From the NCBI GenBank assembly GCA_963514005.1, contig OY740790.1, positions 45,570,001 through 45,634,000 on the forward strand: a stretch of DNA of 64,000 nucleotides, in the 5' to 3' direction. The notes below the pieces were generated by a model, which ran no database searches, was not told the DNA's origin, and worked only from the letters and a program-made list of their open reading frames with translations. The position numbers were made by a program, and so were the translations under genes. Positions 47,787 to 62,032 of the stretch are shown here, one piece after another (positions within the stretch are counted from its first letter, which is position 1; each line of letters opens with the position of its first letter). This DNA is from Raja brachyura. Lineage: Eukaryota.

Positions 47787-49720
47787 GTAAGTAACTTAGA
47801 TTTTTTTTATTAAGGATTTATTTTGGCATATCCAAAAAATTACTAATGTTAGATTGGATTTTTTCTTCAATTAAAATTGCATATGTGGCTGTCCTGTTAC
47901 TTGGAGGAAATGTGCAGAATTTTATTATACATTTACAATTTGTCATCTAAATTCATTTTTGATATTTGTACAAATGTGTTGCCCATTTTTCATACTTTGC
48001 AGTCCTTATTGAGGTCCTGTTCTACCCTTCATCAAATGCCAATGATCTTCATATGTTTCCTTGAATCATTGTCACTCTTGGTTTGTTAAAACAGCAAATC
48101 GGGTGGTATTAAAGGAAGAACAAAAGCACAGCAACATTGCTTCTGATTGAAACTGTCAGTGGAGAAAGGGGGACATTGAAAGCAAGATTCTAGTCACTGA
48201 ACAATGATATATGCATAAGCTTGTTAGTTTTGGTGTGGAAGAGATAATGCAAATTGGATGTGAGGTGTCATTCGACATGATGGGATGTGAAAATCAGTCG
48301 AAGGATAGAAGGGAATGCATAGGAGAGGTATCAGAGCATTAGCATTTTTCTATGCGAGGTGTGATATAGATGAGTTGTATGCAAGACAGGTGTCTTAATG
48401 TTAAGGATGTATCAGTACAGCTTTCTTTTCCATGATGTTCATAGAAATCTCTTTACCTTCTGCCAGACGTTTTTGGAATTTTATTTTCACTCGTCCAATT
48501 TCCACAGTTTGGGGCCAGACCTAGGGCAGGGCTCATCCTATGGGAAGCCAGCACTTCAGAACAAGTATCGAGGGATATATTGAAGGCTTTGTCTGCAAGG
48601 TCTGGCACATGACCAGTACTCTGTGTGACCGACTGAGCAGTTCGATATGCTTCAGAAGGGTGATTGTGCTGAAAAAGAATGCCTTTCTGCTGCATTCACA
48701 ATAAACCACAGTAAAAATCCAAAATCCTATTGCCACAAACAATTAAAGCAGTCTTTCTTCTGGTTGGAAGACCTTGGTGGCACTTTGACCAGCTGCATGG
48801 TAAACTTCTATATATAGTTGCCAATATAACACATGGGCATAACTTTATATGAGAGATTATTTTTTTATTACTTCAGTAGCTGCCCAAAAAAGCAGACGTA
48901 TGAAAGAGAGATAATTGTGCAAAATAATGAATTTAAATTGTATCCTAAACCTTTGAATTTTCAGCAAAACTGTTTGGTAATTGCAAAATATAGACAAATG
49001 ACTAAAGTAACAGATTCCTAAGAAATTTTATATCCGAATTGGAATCTCAAAAAATTACCATTGATTTTGCCATGACATGGGAACAAAACTCTAGTATGTT
49101 AAAGGAAATGATAGTCACTTTTTGAAATGCAAGTAAAATCTTTCATTTACACTTTGTGGTAACAGTAGCTGTAGTCAATTTGTGGTACAGATTCATATAA
49201 GAATAATTACAAACTATTTATTGCTAGGTCTACAAAGACATATTAAAGCAGAATCTATTATTTTGTATATAAAGTTAACAAAGATATGATTTTCGTTTAA
49301 CGATTTGGAAGGTGAATCTTCAAATTGATTCTGACTATTCAAGTTCTGCATTAAATTAGACTTTTCAGTAATTTCAGGTCACTGAGATTTTGCTGTGAGC
49401 AACTGTCATATTGACCTTTTGATCAGGAAATGAATTAGGAAGACATAGTGTTTGAACCAAAGAGATTGCTAGTTTTAATTCTTGCCATGTAGTGAATGTC
49501 TTATGTCGACAAATTAAACTTGGAATTCTCAATAAATTGTTCATAAGCCTTGAGTGGTGTAGAGGGAGGAGTAAGATAATCTGAAAGAGATAAAAATTGC
49601 CAAAATATATGAAATGTATTTCAGCCATTTTCTTGTAATTATATGAATGGAATAAGTTACTTGACTAAAATGTGCTGTGAACACTTTCTCTTACCGTACC
49701 TTGTTGCATCTTCCCCTTAG

Positions 49721-49919
49721 TGCCGATGGAGAAGTGAAACACTGTGTGATTTATAGCACGCCGAGGGGTTATGGATTTGCCGAACCATACAACTTGTACA
49801 GCACTCTTAAAGACCTGGTGTTGCATTATCAACAAACTTCACTGGTCCAGCACAATGACTCTCTGAATGTGAGACTGGCTTACCCTGTTTATAGTCAGAT
49901 GCCCTCTCTGCGCAGATGA
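49721..49919 (+). CDS. PIK3R3: PIK3R3 coding exon 10 (cSH2, stop codon)
   Basis: [65 protein letters not shown]; ccttag| acceptor. Confidence 0.97.
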
Positions 49920-52900
49920 ATGTTCAAGAGTTGGCCGTGAAAAATTACAGAATACTGAGGGCATTGTACTTGGCTGCTTTTGCACAGTGAGTACAGAATG
50001 TGAATCAGGACAGTGGTGTACTCAAGAGTTCAGGTGACCTGGTGCTACCTAAACTCCAACTGTGACATTCTGTTTTCTGCTTTTATTTCAATCAGAGAAA
50101 CACAAAAAAACTGGAAATGTATCTAACTTTCTTTTTGGTTTTTGTTTTGGTGTCATACGTGTGGGGCTGAAACCTTAGTCCAAACAATCTGGTGCTGATG
50201 GCTCTGGGCTATTCATCTTGAGAGTTTAAAATTTTCCAACTTTCAGATGTTCTCTTTTTCACGGAACAGCCAAGAAGGACTCTGTTAGTCTTAACTCTGC
50301 AACATCTAGTGCAACTCTTACAAGAGACCCAGTGTATGAAGAAGACTTCTATACTTTTTTAGTTTAGTCAACATATTCTTCTTGAACTAGACTCGACCAG
50401 ATTAACTGATTTCTTTCATTCGTTGGATGACGCTGAACTCGGTGTGAAAGAAGACCAAAGGCATTCAGGAGAGCTTCTGACGAAAGTTAATTCTCGTGAA
50501 ATTTGAATTAAAAGTTGCACAAAGGGTCGCTTTTCAATGTACTGGAGTACAAGTAAAAAAGAAATACAAATAAAGAACATTTTATGGCTTCTGTGACTCT
50601 AGAGCTCTTCACAAAAAATATATAACCAAAATGAAAAGACCAGGGCATCTTTTGATGTTGGTTTTAGCACTTAATATTCAGTCAGATGTCTGCAGCCGCA
50701 CATATTTGCACCAAAATGTTAGTGTTTTTAAAGAATAAAAACACTAATGCATAATGTTATTAACATAATCTTAAAACTTTGCAGTTTTTTCTTTGACTAG
50801 TCATGCATAACCCAGAAAGTAAGCTTCAAATCGTAGCTGCAAGGAGGCAAGTACTTTAAAGGTGAATAGAAAGACTAAAGAGAGAAATGGGCAAGGCTTG
50901 AAACAATACTTTTGTTTCATAGCTCAAGAAAAGAAAGTGCAATTTGCAATGCTTCTGGATGGCAAAGAAAGATCCTGTTGTTTAAAGGGTTTTTTTTTTT
51001 TTAAAGGAGTGGTTGTGCGAGTACAAGATTGGTGGATAGTTACTATTCCAATAAAAAAAAAACACAAGCTGAATTAGATGCTTTTCATATTTATGGAATC
51101 AGATTTGTGCATTGTGGCTGGAAATATACACCAGTAATTTTTGAGGAATTGGTCTTTGTAGATTGTGAACAGTTTAATTTTAAATGAAGCAGAAGACTAC
51201 TTGTTCGCTAAGCATGTTCCCTGAGATGCCATTTTGAAAAGGATATGGCTAGTCCAGGAAACGGGGCCCCATGATGCACCGGGCATTTTGTTTAGATATG
51301 TGCAATTCAAATAAAAAGCATTTTACAAATCTTTTTCCAAAAGAATAAAAAGATGGCAGCTAATTTTCTGCAATAATTGTCTTTCTTGAAACTAATATTT
51401 GCTTTAAATACTTTTTTAGGAACTGGATCAGCAGTTTCGTATATTTACAAGTAATTTTTAGCCTTTTCCTATCTCTAACACTAAATACTCTCCACTTTTT
51501 TTCTTCTCCCTGTTTTAATCCCCTGAGCCATTGCTACATTATGCACCAATGCTGAAATAGTTTGGTTCCTTTTTGTTATGTCTGAAAAGCAATGGGCTCT
51601 CAATGAAAAATGTAATTGTTGAAATTTGCCCCAGCATTTTGAGAGAGCCATGGTAAGTTCTCTGCATTTCTGATTCTTTTCCCAGATAATTAACAATATA
51701 CAAAACATATTAAATGGTTAGGCTTTCTTTTTTTCTAGCCATCCAGATGCAATTGATTTGCATTTGTAGTGTTTTTTCTTGTCATTGCAGACACCTGATG
51801 CACTATATATCAATTTATATTAACAGTGAAGCTGAATAGAATGTGCATCCACAGGTCTTGAGGGCAAATGGCACAAAATGAAACATTGCCATTTTATTTT
51901 GCAAGAGTCCTTGTTTAACTGCAGGTATTAGCAGAAATGGAGCATTTTAACTCTTCACTGTGCACAAGCTGGTGCTTATCCAGCATTTATCAAAGGTGCG
52001 TCTGTAACTAACTGTTGCCCACTTACTAAAAAATCGTTTTTGGTACCTGAGCAATCATATTTCTGTTTAATTTTTTTGGTACTGGTTTTGCGAGTTGGAC
52101 CTTGGAATAGAGTTGAACATATTTCTTGGATTCATGGAAGGGGGTGGGGATGGCATTAGCGGTAGTGGATGATTGTTGATAAGTACTTCTGAAAGAAGTT
52201 TAAATGCAGATGAGATGCACTTGTAAACTAAAGTGTATCTGCCAATATTCAGATTTTTGTTACAGTGGGAAGCCTGTATTTTACTCTTTTCAGAGAAAAT
52301 CTGTTTTAACACTAAATCTGGGTAATTTGATCAAATTATTAAATGTTGAAGATCAAAAAATCCTTTTGGGAAGTTGCAAGAATGTTAATTCATCGTGTTG
52401 TTTTGGTTGCCATTGTACAATTTTGTTTATTCCTTGCCATACCCTGTGTCTTGGAAGTACATAACAATAGTTTTTTTTCTTTGTGGCTATAAGCATTAAT
52501 AGGAATAATATACAACCCACACTAGTTCTGCCAGTGAAATGTTATGCTTTGAGGTTGCAGATTTGCCGCAGTTGGCATTTCATGACTGCAGAGCTAAATC
52601 CTCACTCTGGAACACCTCCACAGTAGAATAGCATTCCCACTGGATGCTTGTGAGAAGGAAATGACAATAAAATGGAGAACAATCTTGCATCTCATCAACT
52701 ATGCTTGGTGTTTGTTGATGCTGCCATTATTCTCCAGGCTGTCCAGCTCGTTCACTGAACAAAGACAATGATTGAAAATGACAACTGCATGAAGAAAGCA
52801 GGAAATTTTCCAAAATGCAGGTGTTAATGTGAGTCGGGTGTTTTGTTAGTGATGGAAATGAGGAGAAATGTCTTGTACATTTTACAATGCCATTTTACAA

Positions 52901-55900
52901 ATCATGCCAACAAAATAACATGTAAACTGATCTGAACACAGATGCAATGTGTTCAGTTCAATTAAGATAAATTCTGAAGTGCTGAATGAAGATTCAAATT
53001 ACAATATTTAATCTGATTTTTCAGATAAATGTTTCAATTTATCACTGAAATAAATTTTCATGTACTTGTGTAGCAACCAGCAATTAAAACTAAATTTGAA
53101 ACAATTGTGGTATAAGGGCTAAAATATGTAATATTTCTTGATCTATGTTTTTAAAGGATTGTAATTTTTCAGTGCCACTTGCCCCTTTTTCATCTGTCCT
53201 TTCAGTCTGCACAGACCAATCTTTCTGTGCTTGTTTTTGAAGGAAGGACAGACCAACCTCTTTTGGACTTGATTGCTTGTGAAGAAGGGGGTGAGAGGGA
53301 AGGAATGCGAGTTAGGATGTTTTTACCCTGGCATCTAATTGCAGGTTGCATTCTGGTGCTCCCTTTGAACAAACTAAAATATTTTCAAGGATTCTTGAAA
53401 TTAATATTCAAAGCATTAAATTAAACTATTTAAACTGGAATACTTAGAATTGTGTCTAGGATTGCAGTTCTAACTTGATGAAATGTCACGCTGAATGTTT
53501 TGTGGAGGCGGGGGGAATGTGGTTGGTACATGGAAGTGGAGCCATACAATTATAAAAGCCACCTTTATCAAATCGGCATTTTACTTAAAGTGACCAATAT
53601 CCACGAGTAAAGGAAGTTTATTGCTGCAGAAAGCATGGTTTATAAAGTGTTTTCAATTTTACAGCAAAATATTTTTTTAAACAAATAACTTGTATGCTAT
53701 TTGAAATAGCCTCTTGTTTTTTCCAGAATTGAAAGGGGGGGAATATGATCAACTTGTGCTATTGTATTGCTTTGTATTTTGAGTTGCAGGCACTTTAAAA
53801 ACATTGCATTTATCCACTAATTTAACTTCTCTCTATGTTTATTTTTTAATTGAATTTCACAGGGTCACCATTTATGAGCAGAGACAAATCTTCAATTCAA
53901 AAAGAGGGAATAATACAATTAGCAGCACCAGGTACATAGGAATATTTCACCCTTTCAATTCTACGAACTTGACTGGTTAAATGAACACTGCCCCTTTGCT
54001 CCGTGCTAAGGCCCAACATCAAATAATTTTAGCAGCTGTAGTTTAGTTCCTAATAGACAGATGTCTGAAATTCCTCATTAATTTGTACCAGACTAAACAA
54101 TAACTACCTGGGCCACAAAGGTGGTGATGGTATTGGAAATAAGGTAAAATTTCAGACTGGTAACAGAGAAAGGTGTTAGTAAGGAGATGCTGATGAGAGC
54201 ATAGTAAATTAAGCTTTACTATATAATCTGGTAGTTTGTGCTTGACTTGATTCTGATAACAAAGGAATGTGGCCTTCATTCTTGTTGCAATAGGTTATTT
54301 TATAACTAAAAAATGTGCAAGAATCCTTCACAATGTTATATGCAACTATTATTCCCTCCTCCCACCAGGTTTGCTTGAGTATAGCATACAAATCAGGCAT
54401 TTGTGAATCAAATCTAAATATGTGCATAACCTACCAAAATGAAGCCCTGCAAGTACAGCAGATAAACCTTAACTAGGAATTGAGTAGAGTATTAGTACTG
54501 TACACATAATATAAAAACAGCTAAAACTTCTGTTTGATTGGGAACAATGTCTTCACCTTTGGTACAATAACTGCATCAAACCATCGCAAAATGTTAGTAA
54601 AACAAAAGACCCTATGGTACCGTTCCATAGATGGTATTCTGAATTCCCAGCTTCGGGACTTAAAAACAAGTCACGGCAGTTTTTTCAAGTTGCCAATTTA
54701 CCACTGAATTTAAAACTAACATTGAGCTCAGTATTGATGTCCATTGGATTGGACGTATCCAAATTTAATTAATTTGCACTTTGAGCTGTTAAACCCTAAT
54801 TACAGATTTATTTGGGAAGGGAGAATAAGTAAATTTGCATACTTTTCAGCATTACCGTCTCCTGGTACCTAGTCTTTTTGTAGCAATGCGTTTCCTACAC
54901 TTGTGAAGAAAGCACATTATTTATAATCAGTTGACAACACAGATTTCCAAGCCCTGGTAGAAACTCCTAATGGTGGAGCAATGCTGTGGTTCCAATGGCA
55001 TAGTCACCAATTGCTAAGTTAGTTAGTTCCATGATAACTTTTTATGCCTTTTTAGTCAGTATTGTATTTGCACATTTTTATTTCAAGAAAAACTAGGTAC
55101 AGCAAAATATATTTTCAAGTTTTTGTTTTTTTGTGAACACTTTAGTTCTACCTGAGAATACTTGCTTCATTTGAATGATTATGTTCTTTGATCATTTTAA
55201 TTGTTATAAATTGGGTTGTTTTGGTTCTCTGCGGGACAGAAGGCTTACATGGTATGTTCCAGGCAGTGGAGTCAAAAACAAACATTTTTGTTTTCATTTT
55301 TGTGTGCTCATTTTCATTCTGTCATTTCTCTCACTCTCGTACTTTTTTCTGTTTCTCTTTCTTTGTTTTCTTTCTCTTTTCTACTTTTTCTGTTTCTTTC
55401 TCCACCTCTATTTTTATTTGTTTATTCTGTTTTCACTCTCTTGCACACTCACAAATGTCATGCACTTTTCAAAGACAAACCCAGCATGTAACTTAAGTAT
55501 GTTGACTGTTGTATCTGTGTAATTCAACTTTGTTCTGTCTGTAAATGGTGTAGTTTAATATGAACTTATGTAGCTTACAAGAAAAGGTCACATCGTACAT
55601 TACAACTAATAGAGTAGCATTTGCTCCCATTCCTGGTATGTTATATTTTACAGATAACTGTATACTGCACTAGGTTGTATCAATTGTGCAAATCTGTTCC
55701 TCGTCTGCAGCTGAGTCTTTTGTGACACCAATAACAGGTCGCAGCATGTATGGGATTTTCTGCATTATACGCGTTGACTCTGTTTCACTCTCCACACAGT
55801 AACTGCTACTGTCTTCACAACTGGTGATATTTTCTCTTTTGTCAAGTTGCCATAACTTCATATTATTCATCTATCTTGCAGAATAAAAATGTATTTTGTT

Positions 55901-55910
55901 GAGAATCAGT
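49920..55910 (+). other. PIK3R3: Probable long PIK3R3 3'UTR
   Basis: About 6 kb with no recognisable transposon, AU-rich, many miRNA seed matches and several AATAAA; transposons resume at about 56.8 kb. The end point is inferred. Confidence 0.55.
55882..55887 (+). terminator. Candidate distal polyadenylation signal AATAAA
   Basis: AATAAA followed by GT/T-rich sequence near the end of the transposon-free block; more proximal AATAAA sites also exist. Confidence 0.4.
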
Positions 55911-56857
55911 GTGAAGGGTTTAACTTTTTAACAAAAATAAAACCTATTTCACCTACAAAATTCTCCTTTTGCACATTTGATTATAATGCCCTTCTGTATA
56001 TTGAAAGAAATAATACAATTCCTATAGAAGTTTCACCAAACGAATCTCATGAGATACTTATAAATCGATAGGATTCTATAACATCCTAAGGACACTCCAC
56101 AGAACCATTTAGACACTGGGGTAAGAGGAAATCTATGCAGACAGTTAATGTCCATTTTGACGTGGAAAGGCACAAATTTGTTAATCCTCATTGCAAATCA
56201 GAGAAGTTCTCTGTAATGAAAGTAAAACATGTTAAATTTAAAAATCGTTTCTTCAACTGTTCATATGCCTTTGGAAAATATTTGGAGGAATCTCATGTAA
56301 AATTCCTTTTGAGGAAACGTCCAGCAAAAGAAAATGAATTTGTAACTGAGAAGGATTAGCATTCCTGCAAAATATTTTCATCAGTTTTCTTCACTGCTTC
56401 GATAATGGATAAATCTGGGCCTCAAGATAGTGGACAGCACAATGCCTCTGTGAAATGTGATGCCGTGCAGCATTATTGTTTACAAAATATGTGACTTGCA
56501 AAGTTCACAATCTTGATTTCTCTAGTGTCAATGATATCACATTTGTAATGTACTTAAATACTTGATTTCCACATGTTTCGTAATGTCACATACAAGAAGG
56601 GCAAGAGCCCAACGATGGTATTTTCTCATTCAAGAAAAAAAGATTTCCATTGCTAGTGCATTGTCTCTAGTAATACCTGGCCTACATTGGATGTTGATTA
56701 AAAAAGCTGGCTATAAAATCAGTTTGGGATACTGTACTAATGCAAGTTCCTTGTTTTTTAAAATAACATGGGGAGGAAGAGACTATTTTCATTGGTAGAT
56801 GCAAATAATCACATTGGACTCCTAAACTATCATGCATCCATGTATTTTTTTTTTAGC

Positions 56858-58022
56858 TGCAGCATGGAAACCAACCCTTCAGTCCATCGAGTCCACGTCC
56901 ACCATCGATCACCATTCGCATTAGTTCTAATGATTCAGTTTCTCACTGTTCCCGATACATTATGAGCAATTTTACAACGGCCAATGGTCCTACAACATTG
57001 GGATGTGGGAAGAAACCTATAGTGTATTCAGACCCCTTCACTTTTTCCACATTTTGTTACGTTACAGCCTTATTCTAAAATGGATTCAATTCTTTTTTTT
57101 TATTCTCAATCTACACTCAATACCCCATAAAAAGGTGAAAACAGGTGTTTAGAAATTTTCGCAAAGTAATTAAAAAATAAATATATATCACATTTACATA
57201 AGTTTTCAGACCCTTTACTAAGTCCCTTGAGGCACCTTTCGCAGCGATTACAGACTCAAGTCTTCTTGGGTATGACGCTACAAGCTTGGCACACCTGTAT
57301 TTGGGTAATTTCTCCCATTCTTTTCTGTAGATCCTCTCATGCTCTGTCAGGTTGGATGGGGAGTGTCGATGCAGAGCTATTTCAGGTCCCTCCAGAGATG
57401 TTTGATCGGGTTCAAGTCCGGGCTCTAGCTGAGCCGCTCAACGTCATTCACAGACTTGTCACAAAGCCACTCCTGCGTTTTCTTGGCTTTGTGCTTAGGA
57501 TCGTTGTCCTGTTGGAAGGTGAACCTCTGCCCCAATCTGAGGTTCAGAATGCTGTAGAGCAGGTTTTCATCAAGGATCTCGCTGCACTTTGCTCCGTTCA
57601 TCTTTCCCTCGACAGGTGTGTGCCTTTCCAAATCATGTCCAATCAATATAATTTACCACTTGTGGACTCCAATCAAGTTGTAGAAACATCTCAAGTATAA
57701 TCAGTGGAAACAAAATGAACCCAAGCTCAATTGTGAGTGTCATAGCAAAGGGTTTGAACACTTATGTAAATATGATACTTGTTTTTTTACTTTTAATTAC
57801 TTTGCAAAAATGTCTAAACACTAAACTGTTTTTGCTGCTTGATTCTGGAATATTGTGTGTCGATTGATGATAAAAATGAATTTAATCCATTTTAAAATAA
57901 GGCTAACGTAACAAAATGTGGAAAAAGTGAAGGGGTCTGAATATTTTCTGAATGCACTGTACATAGCCACAGGGGAAGCATCCAAATTCTATACTGACAG
58001 CACCAGAGATACCACTACTGCA
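56858..58022 (-). mobile_element. HE1-like SINE split by a Tc1 insertion
   Basis: SINE sequence runs to gggatgtgggaagaaacc (57017) and resumes at tacatagccacagggg...gacagcaccagag (57960 onward). Confidence 0.65.
57020..57959 (-). mobile_element. Internally deleted Tc1-family transposon (second family)
   Basis: TA flanks at 57018-57019 and 57960-57961; long TIRs (TATTCAGACCCCTTCACTTTTTCCACATTTTGTTACGTT and its reverse complement); minus ORF FTFQQDNDPKH followed by S*SPDLNPIKHLW. Confidence 0.92.
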
Positions 58023-58039
58023 GGAAGACCACTTTTTTT

Positions 58040-59935
58040 AATCGACCCTATGGTCTGATAATCCCACAGGGAAAAAAAATCTTACCCAGCCTATCCAATC
58101 TCTCCCCATAACTTAGTGCTCCAATATTCTGCTGGATGTCCAGTACAACCATGTTCCTGTATTTGCAATGACCATATTGAACTGCACACAATACTTCAAG
58201 TGCAGTCTGACCAGTGTTGTGCAAGGTTGCAATGTAATGTCTTAACTTTTATATTCTACGCTCAACCTATGAAGGCAAACATTCCATATGTCTGCTTCAC
58301 CATCCTATCTGTGTTGCCATTTTCAGTGAACAGTGGCCAGCACAGTGGTGGAGGTGCTGCCTTACAGCTGCAGCGACCTGGCTCAATCCTGACCTTGAGT
58401 GCTGTCTGTGTGGAGTTTGTTCTCCCTGTGACCATGTGAATTTTCTTTGGGTGTTCTGGTTTCCTTCCACATTCCAAAGACATGCAGGTTTGAAAGTTAA
58501 TTGGCTTCTGTAAATTATCCCTAATGTATAGGATGCAGCTACTGTACTGGTGTTTGTTGGTTGCCATGGGCCAAAGGGCCTTTTTCCACGCCTTATCAGT
58601 AAAGTATAAACTTGATCCCCAAGATTCCTCTGTTCATAAACATCCCTTCATGTCCTACTATTTAGTGCATGTGCCCTACCCCATTTGACTTCCCAAAATG
58701 TATCACCTCTCACTTGTAATTAAATTTCAACACTCTGCCCAACTTTCCAACTGATCAAGGCAACCTTTCTTGCTATCCACGGCACCATCAACTTGAGTGA
58801 CGTTTGCAAATTTGCCACTCATCCCTCTTGCATTCACGCTCATCATTTAAATAAGCACAAGTGACAAGGGGTGTGACATGGATTCCTCCAGTGTACCACT
58901 AAACACAAACTTTGATTCAGAAAAGTTATTACAATTCTCTTAACCTCAATTCTCTTTGGGCACCATATCTGAGGAAGGGTGTGCTGGCTCTGGAGGTGGT
59001 GCTCTCTCCAGAGAATGTTTACAAGAATAATCCCAGGAATGAGTGGATTAATATATGATGAGCGTTTGACGACACTGGGCCTGTACTCACCCGAGTTTAG
59101 AAGGATGTGGGGAGACCACATTGAAACGTATCGAATAGTGAAAAGCTTGGGTTGAATGGATGCGAGGACTAGAGGTTATAACCTCCTAATTGAAGCATGT
59201 TCCTTTAGGAAGGAGATGAGGAATTATTTAGTCAGAGGATGGAATCTGAAATTCTTTGCCACAGAAGGCTGTGGAGGGTGTCAATGGGTATTTTTACGGC
59301 AGAGATAGGTTCTTGATTAGTACGGGTGTCGGGCGTTAATGGGAGAAGGCAGGAAAATGGGGTTAGGAGGGAGATATAGATCAGCCATGATTGAATGGCA
59401 GAGTAGACTTGTTGGGCCAAATGGCCTAATTTGCTCCTATCACATGACCGTATGCAAGTTTTTAAAAATGCAATTAGCCAGTTCGCTTTGGATCCCATGT
59501 GCCTTGGACCAGCCATATGGGACTTTGTCATATCCTGCACTAAAATGCAGATGGATAATGGATGTCAATCTACCTTCGTCAGTGATATTGGTTACCTCTC
59601 CAAAAACTTAAGGAGGTAGGATTTTCCTTACACAAAGCCATGTTGACTATCCCTGATCAGCCCATGCCTTTCCAAATGTACATAAATCCTATCTCAAGAT
59701 TTTCTCAAACATTCCCTACCAACGATGTTTGTTCAATTGGCCAGTAAATTCCTGGCTTATTCCTGATGCCCTTCTTAATTATCCTCCAGTCGTGTGGCAC
59801 ATTTTCTGTGGCTAACAAAAATGCAACATTTTGTAATGGTCTCAGCTTCCCTCTCCCTTGCTTCCCCACAGCAACCAGTGATAGATCTCACCCTGGGCCT
59901 GGAGGCTTATTAATCCTTGTATATCAGCTTTGGGT
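58040..59935. mobile_element. Cluster of nested CR1 fragments (minus 58040-58330, 58600-58840, 59460-59930; plus 58960-59450) and a plus-strand SINE (58335-58600)
   Basis: CR1 RT-tail similarity on both strands; SINE head and core ggtgctgccttacagctgcagcgacctggctcaatcc...tgtgtggagtttg. Confidence 0.7.
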
Positions 59936-60112
59936 TATCTTCGTGACTTTGCAATCTTCCATGACCTTCTAGGTGCATACATATGGGAAGGATTCACCTT
60001 GCATACATTGCCTGACTGCGCAAATTGATTACCCCATTGTCCCTAAGCTCTTTCCCTGGCTAACCAATTGGTCCTAATACATTTATAGAATTTCTTGAGA
60101 GTCTTTATCTTA

Positions 60113-60322
60113 AGGACCTGTCCCACTTACGCAATTTTTTCGGCGACTTGCCGGCACCTCTCATAGTCGCAGAAGGTTGCCGAAAACTTTCGACATGATG
60201 AAAATCCAGCGGCGACCAGAAAAAGGTACAACTCTTTAGGCGACTACTCACCACCAAACCTGCTGCGACTATTGACGGGTGCTGCCAAGTCGGGGAAAAG
60301 TTGCGTAAGTGGGACAGACCCT
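60113..60322. mobile_element. PIF/Harbinger-type MITE
   Basis: TTA TSD at 60110-60112 and 60323-60325; TIRs AGGACCTGTCCCACTTACGCAA / TTGCGTAAGTGGGACAGACCCT. Confidence 0.85.
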
Positions 60323-61494
60323 TTACTTGCTGTGTTCTTGACAATGTGGAAATATTTGGTTATTCATGATACCTGTCTTAGGGACAGTGGTAAACAATAT
60401 TGCAATGTTATCTCCCATGTTTGCAACCAGATTCCCAACAGATCATTTATGTACTGTGACAATCTATCTTTCTGATCCCAATAATCTTGTTCTCCATTCA
60501 GTCCTTCAAATATCTTTCAATTTTTAACACTACATTTTTAACGTCTTTTAGATGTTTATCTTGCATTTATCTATTATTGGCAGCAGTTTCCTTTTAACAT
60601 GCTAAGAAATTATAGAAACATCAAGAAATTACTTTCCAATTACCAATTGGGCAATAGAAAAAAATTGAGTTGGCTTGTACTTCTGAATGTTTGACAAAAG
60701 AGCTTGGTAAAATGGTTTTATATATGCAGGGAGTTGTTTGGGTCTGGAATGTACAGCTGACATGGAGGTGGATTCAGTTGTAGCCTTCCAAAGGGAGCTG
60801 GATAAATGTGAGGGGAATTAATCTGATATTTTGTGGGGAGAGTTGATGTAAGTGAACTGGCTAAATTGTTATTGCACCGATTCTGTACAGACTCGATGGG
60901 TGCAATTTTCTTGCAGCCATTCTGTAATTTTCTAGTTTAAGTTCTGAAATCGAATATTTGGCATGAGGTTGGAAGACATTCATGTTTTTGAGAGGTTATA
61001 ATATCCTTGACTAATTGAAAAATTGCCGTCGTGGATTTTCTGAAATAGCCATCTTGTCAAAGGGTCATAAATGTGAAACTCGAAATGCATTGGTCTTGTA
61101 ACATCTACATAAACGTTCCTTGTGAAATGCTTGACCCTAGTGGTTTAAATTGGGAGATAATTAAGAGATCTGGGTTGACTTTAGAACTGTCTACAATGTA
61201 GACCTGTGGCTTAACATTAAGTAACATAACGATTAAATTACAGTCCTTTCTGTTTGGTGAGAATTTGAGAATGTTACCATGTGCCTCCTTTGTCCAAGCT
61301 CTTTCTGCTTACTAAAATTCAGCTTGTTAATCTGTAGCCAAAGGTACATTAAGCAACTTGTTTAAGTAATTGGATGACTTTTTTTTTTTGCTTCTGTGGC
61401 AGTGTAATCATTGGTAAATCTCAGGTCTAGAAAAAGGCCAATTGTTACATTCAGCCAGTCATTAACAGACTTGAGGTGATTCTCCAACACTAGA

Positions 61495-61725
61495 CAACAG
61501 TACGGAAACAGGCCCTTCAACCCACTGAGTTTGCACCGATCAGCGATCCCTGTGCACTGAAGCCAAATTAACCTAAAAAGCTTGAACATCTTTGAAGTGT
61601 GGGAGGAAGCCGGAGCACCTGGAGAAAACTCACGCGGTCGCAGGGAGAATGTACAACTCTGAACAGACAGCACCTATTATCAGGATAGAACCCGGATCTC
61701 TGGCGCTGTAAAGCAGCAACTTTAA
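61495..61725 (-). mobile_element. tRNA-derived SINE (HE1-like)
   Basis: Same core as 45800-46078. Confidence 0.8.
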
Positions 61726-62032
61726 ACCGGAGAAGGGGAAAAATACACAAACAATGAGCAGATTTCACTGAGAATTTAAAAAAAAAAATTTTTTTAAATT
61801 CAATTCTGAAATAACACAAAACATTGGAAACATTTAGGTCAGGCTGCATCTGTGGGGAGTAGGGAAGGAAGAACGTATTCAATGTTTAGGGTCAAAGACT
61901 GCTGCGAGATCCTAGCATTTTCTGCTTTCTTTCCAGTATCATCTTTCTCGGCGATTAGAAATGGCTATGACATGACCCTAAAGGCTCTTTCTCGAGATAG
62001 AATCTTCTAACTCGTCCAATTCCTCCTTTACA

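Noticed and set aside
55175-55522. Hydrophobic Phe/Leu-rich ORFs resembling membrane proteins
   Set aside because: Translation of a T/C-rich tract in the probable 3'UTR.
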